A stretch of 63,961 bases of DNA, counting the filler, from Candidatus Rokuibacteriota bacterium (GTDB taxonomy: Bacteria > JAUVQV01 > DATDCY01), in NCBI GenBank assembly GCA_031406795.1. It is 8 parts of 8 records of this genome, joined end to end, with 100 filler letters (N's around TTAATTAATTAA, not from the genome) between each part and the next. Parts side by side here need not be neighbours in the genome. Positions count along the whole stretch, not along the records: positions 59,695 to 62,217 come from JANOHV010000068.1; positions 62,318 to 63,961 come from JANOHV010000232.1; 6 more parts are not named here. One strand, written 5' to 3'. Below, in pieces: positions 59,695-63,961 of this stretch. Both the position numbers and the translations under genes were made by a program. Numbering within the stretch: position 1 is the first letter of the stretch; each line of letters starts with the position of its first letter. A model generated the notes under the pieces. The model did no database searches. It worked only from the letters and a program-made list of their open reading frames with translations, and was not told the DNA's origin.

Positions 59695-59996
59695 CGCCGC
59701 TGCCGGAGGCCGACAAGAACCTGGTCATGCACGTTGAATTGCCGATCCTGGCCGGGCACGTGCTCATGGGAACCGATGCCCCGGAATCCATGGGCTTCAC
59801 CGTGACGGCGGGCAACAACGTGTACATCAACCTCGAGCCGGACACCCGTGGCGAAACCGACCGCCTCTTCAAGGCGCTTTCGGCCGGCGGTACCGTGGAA
59901 ATGCCGCTCCAGGAGATGTTCTGGGGCGGGTATTTCGGCAGCCTCGCCGACCGCTTCGGCATTCGCTGGATGTTCAACTGCACGAACAAGGCCTGA
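59695..59996 (+). CDS. VOC/PhnB-family protein, 5'-truncated
   Basis: VMHVEL, LMGTD and MPLQEMFWGGYFGSLADRFGIRW motifs. Confidence 0.85.
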
Positions 59997-60003
59997 TCGG
60001 GCC

Positions 60004-60624
60004 ATGGGCGAGCTGACGATTACCACGTTTTTGACCGTCGACGGCGTCATGCAGGCCCCCGGTGGTCCGAAGGAGGACACCAGCGGCGGCTTCCCGTACG
60101 GCGGCTGGGTCTTTCCGCTGGCGGACGCCGACATGGGGAAGATCATGGTCGACATCTTCTCGAAGGCGGACGCGTTCCTGCTCGGGCTGACGACCTACGA
60201 GATCTTTGCCGGCTATTGGCCGAAAGTCACCGACCCCGACGACCCGATAGCCGGCAAACTGAATGCGCTGCCGAAGTTCGTGGCCTCGCGGACGCGCACC
60301 TCGTTCGACTGGAACAGGACCGAGCTGGTTCGGGACGCCGCGAAAGAGGTCGTCGACATCAAGGAGCGTTTCCCGGGCGAGCTGCAAGTCCACGGCAGCG
60401 GCGACCTCGCGCAGACGCTGATTAAGAACGACCTCATCGACGAGTACCGGCTGCTGGTGTTCCCGGTGCTGCTGGGCACCGGCAAACGGCTGTTCGGAAG
60501 CGGCACCGTCCCGGCGTCCCTGAAGCTCGTAAGATCCGCCACCACGGGCGCGGGCGCGGTTCTCAGCGTCTACCGGCGCGCGGGGAAGCTCCGGACCGGC
60601 TCGTTCGAACTTCCGACAAAGTAG
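60004..60624 (+). CDS. RibD-C/dihydrofolate reductase-family protein
   Basis: FLTVDGVMQAPGG, GSGDLAQ and IDEYRLLVFPVLLGTGKRLF motifs. Confidence 0.9.
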   Translation: MGELTITTFLTVDGVMQAPGGPKEDTSGGFPYGGWVFPLADADMGKIMVDIFSKADAFLLGLTTYEIFAGYWPKVTDPDDPIAGKLNALPKFVASRTRTSFDWNRTELVRDAAKEVVDIKERFPGELQVHGSGDLAQTLIKNDLIDEYRLLVFPVLLGTGKRLFGSGTVPASLKLVRSATTGAGAVLSVYRRAGKLRTGSFELPTK

Positions 60625-60683
60625 ACTGCGGCCGGCGGGAAATGCGCACGATCTGTCCGCGCTTCTCGCCGACCACCGGTAGC

Positions 60684-60728
60684 CCCTCACCCGGCCCCTC
60701 TCCCGCGCGTACGCTCGGGAGAGGGTGA
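60684..60728. repeat. CCCTCACCC...CTCTCCC/GGGAGAGG-type REP palindrome upstream of dnaE2
   Basis: CCCTCACCCGGCCCCTCTCCCG...CGGGAGAGGGTG. Confidence 0.6.
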
Positions 60729-60749
60729 CCGCACGATGTCGTTGCCTCC

Positions 60750-62217
60750 ATGGCACCGTTCACGCACCTGCACGTCCATTCCTGTTTTTCGTTCCACGAC
60801 GGCGTCGACACGCCGGCGGCGCTCGTCGAGCGCGCGCGGGAACTCGGTTACACCGCACTCGCGCTGACCGACACGAACGGGCTCTACGGCGCGGTCCCGT
60901 TCTGCACGGCAGCGAAGGCGGCCGGGATCGCGCCGCTGCTCGGTGCGCAGATCGACGGCGGGAGCGCGGACGGCGCCCGCGCCGTCGTGCTCGCGCGCGG
61001 CCGGGCGGGCTATCCGGCGCTCTGCCGGATCGTGACAGAAAGGCATCTGCAGTGGACGAAGGAAGTCGACAACGGCGGGCGGGCGGGGGACAACCCCGCC
61101 CCTACGAACGACTCGGGCCACCATCGTAGGGGAGGGGTTCATCCCCTCCCGAGTAGCCCGTGCCCACCGACTCTCGCGGAAATGGCACACCTCGTCGAGG
61201 GCATTGCCGCCGAGGCCGGCTCCGTCGTCGTGCTCGCCGCTGCGCCCGCGCTGTTGCACGCGCTTGCTCGGCGGCTGCCGGCCGGGACGCTCTTCGGCGA
61301 ACTGCCCTACACCGGCGATGCCTCCTCGGCGGCGCGCTGCCGGGAGACGCTCGCCGCGTGCCGCGCCCTGGGCCTGCCGGTCGTCGCAACGAACGCTGTA
61401 CGCTTCGCGGTACCCGCCGGCTTCGCAACGCACCGCGTGCTGCGCGCCATCGGCGAGAACGGCACCGTCTGGTCCACCAGGCCACGCGCCCACGCGGCGC
61501 ACTTCCTGAACTCGCCCGCCGAAATGGCCGCGCTGTTCGCGCACCTGCCCGAGGCGATCAAAGCGGCGGCGCGCCTTGCCGAGGAGTGCGCCTGCCCGAT
61601 CGGCTTCGAGAGCTGGCATTTCCCGGTGGCGCACCTGCCCCCCGGCGAGACGCCGTTCTCGCTGCTCTGGCAGAAAAGCTTCGAGGGGCTGCGGCAGCGC
61701 TATCGCCCGATCTCGAGCGAGGCTGTGGAGCGCCTGCGCTACGAGCTCTCGATCATCGAGGAGAAGGGGTTCTCCCCGTACTTTCTCGTCGTCGACGAGA
61801 TCGCCGCCCAGGCGCGCGCGTGGGGCCTGCGGACGCTCGGCCGCGGCTCGGCGGCCAACAGCCTCGTCTCGCACTGCCTCGGGCTGACGCACGTGGACCC
61901 GCTCGCGCACGGGCTGTTCTTCGAGCGCTTTCTCAACCCCGAGCGCTCCTCGCCGCCGGACATCGACCTTGACTTCTCGTGGAAGGACCGCGACCGGCTG
62001 CTGGCGTGGGTCTACGAGCGCTTCGGCGCCGAGCGCGTCGCGATGATCTCGACGCACGTGACGTTCGGGCCGCGCGCAGCGGTGCGGGAGGTCGGCAAGG
62101 CGCACGGACTTCCCGATGCCGAACTGACGCGGCTGACCAGGCGCATCCCGCACTGGGGAGCGCACGATCTGACGGACCTCGCCGCGACGGTGCCCGAGTG
62201 CCGCTCGCTCCCCGCCG
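60750..62217 (+). CDS. dnaE2: DnaE2-like polymerase, N-terminal part (PHP domain and palm), 3'-truncated
   Basis: HLHVHS, ALTD, GRGSAANSLV and FERFLNPERSSPPDIDLDF motifs. Confidence 0.88.
61080..61151. repeat. GTAG-family REP pair inside the dnaE2 reading frame
   Basis: CGGGCGGGGGACAACCCCGCCCCTAC (61080-105) and GTAGGGGAGGGGTTCATCCCCTCCCG (61126-151). Confidence 0.88.
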
Positions 62218-62446
62218 NNNNNNNNNNNNNNNNNNNNNNNNNNNNNNNNNNNNNNNNNNNNTTAATTAATTAANNNNNNNNNNNNNNNNNNNNNNNNNNN
62301 NNNNNNNNNNNNNNNNNCCGCGGCCAGCAGGGCGGCGAACTCCAGCGGTGCAGCGCGGTCCGCTTCTGCACCTCCCTGGCGACCTTGGGGAGGGTCACCG
62401 CGACCGCGGGGTTGGCCGCGATCACCCCGCCGAGCACCGTGTACTT

Positions 62447-63511
62447 CTAGTGTCGCGCGTCTGAGTTTCGTTTACGGGTGGCGTGGGGCAGGATCTCGTC
62501 GGCCGTCTTGGTCCATGTGAACGGCTGGCAGCGGTCGTTCCAGCCGGTTATGAAGCAGCCGATTGCGGTGACCAGTTCGGTGACGCTGTCGAAGGATCCG
62601 CGCCGGATGGCTTGCCGGGTGATGATCCCGAAGAACACCTCGACGAGGTTGAGCCTCGACCCGGATGTCGGGGTGAAGTGCAGCGTCACCCTCGGGTTCT
62701 TCGCGAGCCAGGTGTTGATCTCATCGTGTTTATGGGTGTGGTAGTTGTCCAGCACGACGTGCAGCTGCCGACGCGGGTAGGCCTTGGCGACCTTCTTGAG
62801 GAAGTCGAGGAACCCGGCTTTGCCGTGCCGGTCGTAGCACTGGTCGGTCACCTTGCCGGTCGCGACCTCGAGCGCGGCGAACAAGGTGGTGGTGCCGTTG
62901 CGCTTGTAGTCGTGGGTTGCCTTCTCCGGCAGGCCTTCCCGAAGCGGCAGGATCGGAGCGGTGCGGTTCAGCGCTTGGATCTGGGACTTCCCATCCACAC
63001 ACAGCACGATCGCCTTCTCGGGCGGTTTCAGGTAGAGACCGACGACATCGCGGACCTTGGCCTCCAACTGCGGGTCGGTGGAGAACTTGAACGTCTCTCG
63101 CCGCCACGGCTGCACGTGGTACTTGCGCCAGGCCCGCGCGACGGTCGCATCCCCGATCCCAAGCCGCTTGGCCAACAACCGGCTCGACCAGTGCGTCACC
63201 GCCAACGACTCCGGCGGCGGTTGCAGGGTCGCGGCAATGATCGCCGAGTCGTCGACCTCCTTCGGCCGACCCGGGCGCGGCTCTTCATCCAACCCCGCGA
63301 TGCCGTGCTCGACGAACCGGTCGCGCCACTTGATCACCGTCGGGCGCGACACCCCCACCTGCCGGGCCGCGCCCGAGGTGCCGGCACCGTGCGCGACCGC
63401 CAATACGATCCGCGCCCATTGCACGTGCGACGGCCGGATCGCCCGCGACCGCGTCCACGACTCCAGCGTCGCCCGCTCCTCATCGCCGATCAGCAGCACC
63501 GCAGGGTCCAT
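62447..63511 (-). CDS. IS630 transposase
   Basis: HTH region; FKFSTDP, THDYKRNGT, VLDNY and LHFTPT..LNLVE motifs. Confidence 0.93.
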   Translation of the reverse strand: MDPAVLLIGDEERATLESWTRSRAIRPSHVQWARIVLAVAHGAGTSGAARQVGVSRPTVIKWRDRFVEHGIAGLDEEPRPGRPKEVDDSAIIAATLQPPPESLAVTHWSSRLLAKRLGIGDATVARAWRKYHVQPWRRETFKFSTDPQLEAKVRDVVGLYLKPPEKAIVLCVDGKSQIQALNRTAPILPLREGLPEKATHDYKRNGTTTLFAALEVATGKVTDQCYDRHGKAGFLDFLKKVAKAYPRRQLHVVLDNYHTHKHDEINTWLAKNPRVTLHFTPTSGSRLNLVEVFFGIITRQAIRRGSFDSVTELVTAIGCFITGWNDRCQPFTWTKTADEILPHATRKRNSDARH

Positions 63512-63566
63512 GACCCCATTCTCGAGGACCAGCAGATGTAAATCAATTAACGACGCGTGACACTAG
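62447..63566 (-). mobile_element. IS630-family insertion sequence
   Basis: Imperfect terminal repeats CTAGTGTCGCGCGTC..TTTAC / GTAAA..GACGCGTGACACTAG enclosing a single transposase gene. Confidence 0.92.
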
Positions 63567-63961
63567 AGGCAGGCTGCGTTGCCGCAGCGTCCAGGACCTC
63601 TTCGGGCGCCGGGCCACCGGGCCTAGCACGTCGATCAAGAACACCGGCGCGCCCACAATTCTTGCTACGCCAACGGCGTTCCCCACCAAGCCGCCTGACC
63701 GTCCCTTCAGGAGAGCCGCACCCAAATCGATTCGGCCGGGCGGACAACGCCGCCGTACCTGCCGCGCTGATTCGCCAGGGGCGGCCATAAGGGGCATGCT
63801 GGCCGCATGACTGAATTGATGATCGGACCTGACCAGGGGCGACTGACCCTGCATACCGGCGTGGAGGGCAAGGCCGCGAAGATGGGGCACGCTCTGACCA
63901 TCCTGATGAACGACTGGTCCGGCACGGTGACCCTGGACGGGCCCGAGCCAACGTCCCTGAC

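Overview
The window is eight unordered contigs of a high-GC, deltaproteobacteria-like genome or bin. They are joined by artificial 100-nt N/TTAATTAATTAA linkers, so adjacency across a linker carries no information. Housekeeping content: dnaE2 (N- and C-terminal pieces on different contigs), a hybrid PAS histidine kinase, pilMNOPQ-aroCKB-TPR, a glycan-tailoring locus (GT-C, GT2, SGNH, carbamoyltransferase/SxtJ/SxtK-like, B12 radical SAM, asnB, WaaL-like), rimO, priA, an arsR/arsC/permease plus toxin-antitoxin islet, TMTC-like GT-C genes, a CcsA-like gene, eno, polA and an IS630 element. Main observations beyond the ORF track: (1) a secreted DsbC-family selenoprotein with an in-frame UGA in a UPYC motif and a SECIS-like hairpin 11 nt downstream; (2) two relics of the priA 3' end interleaved with cargo genes, with no integrase on the contig, and similar relics for a PIN gene and comM; (3) a GTAG-REP pair inserted in frame within dnaE2; (4) a 12x15-nt array between aroK and aroB that probably encodes a pentapeptide-repeat microprotein; (5) an intact 177-bp MITE with 16-bp terminal inverted repeats and a 6-bp target duplication. 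No CRISPR array, rRNA or tRNA was seen. All family assignments come from recognising motifs by eye; no database searches were run.
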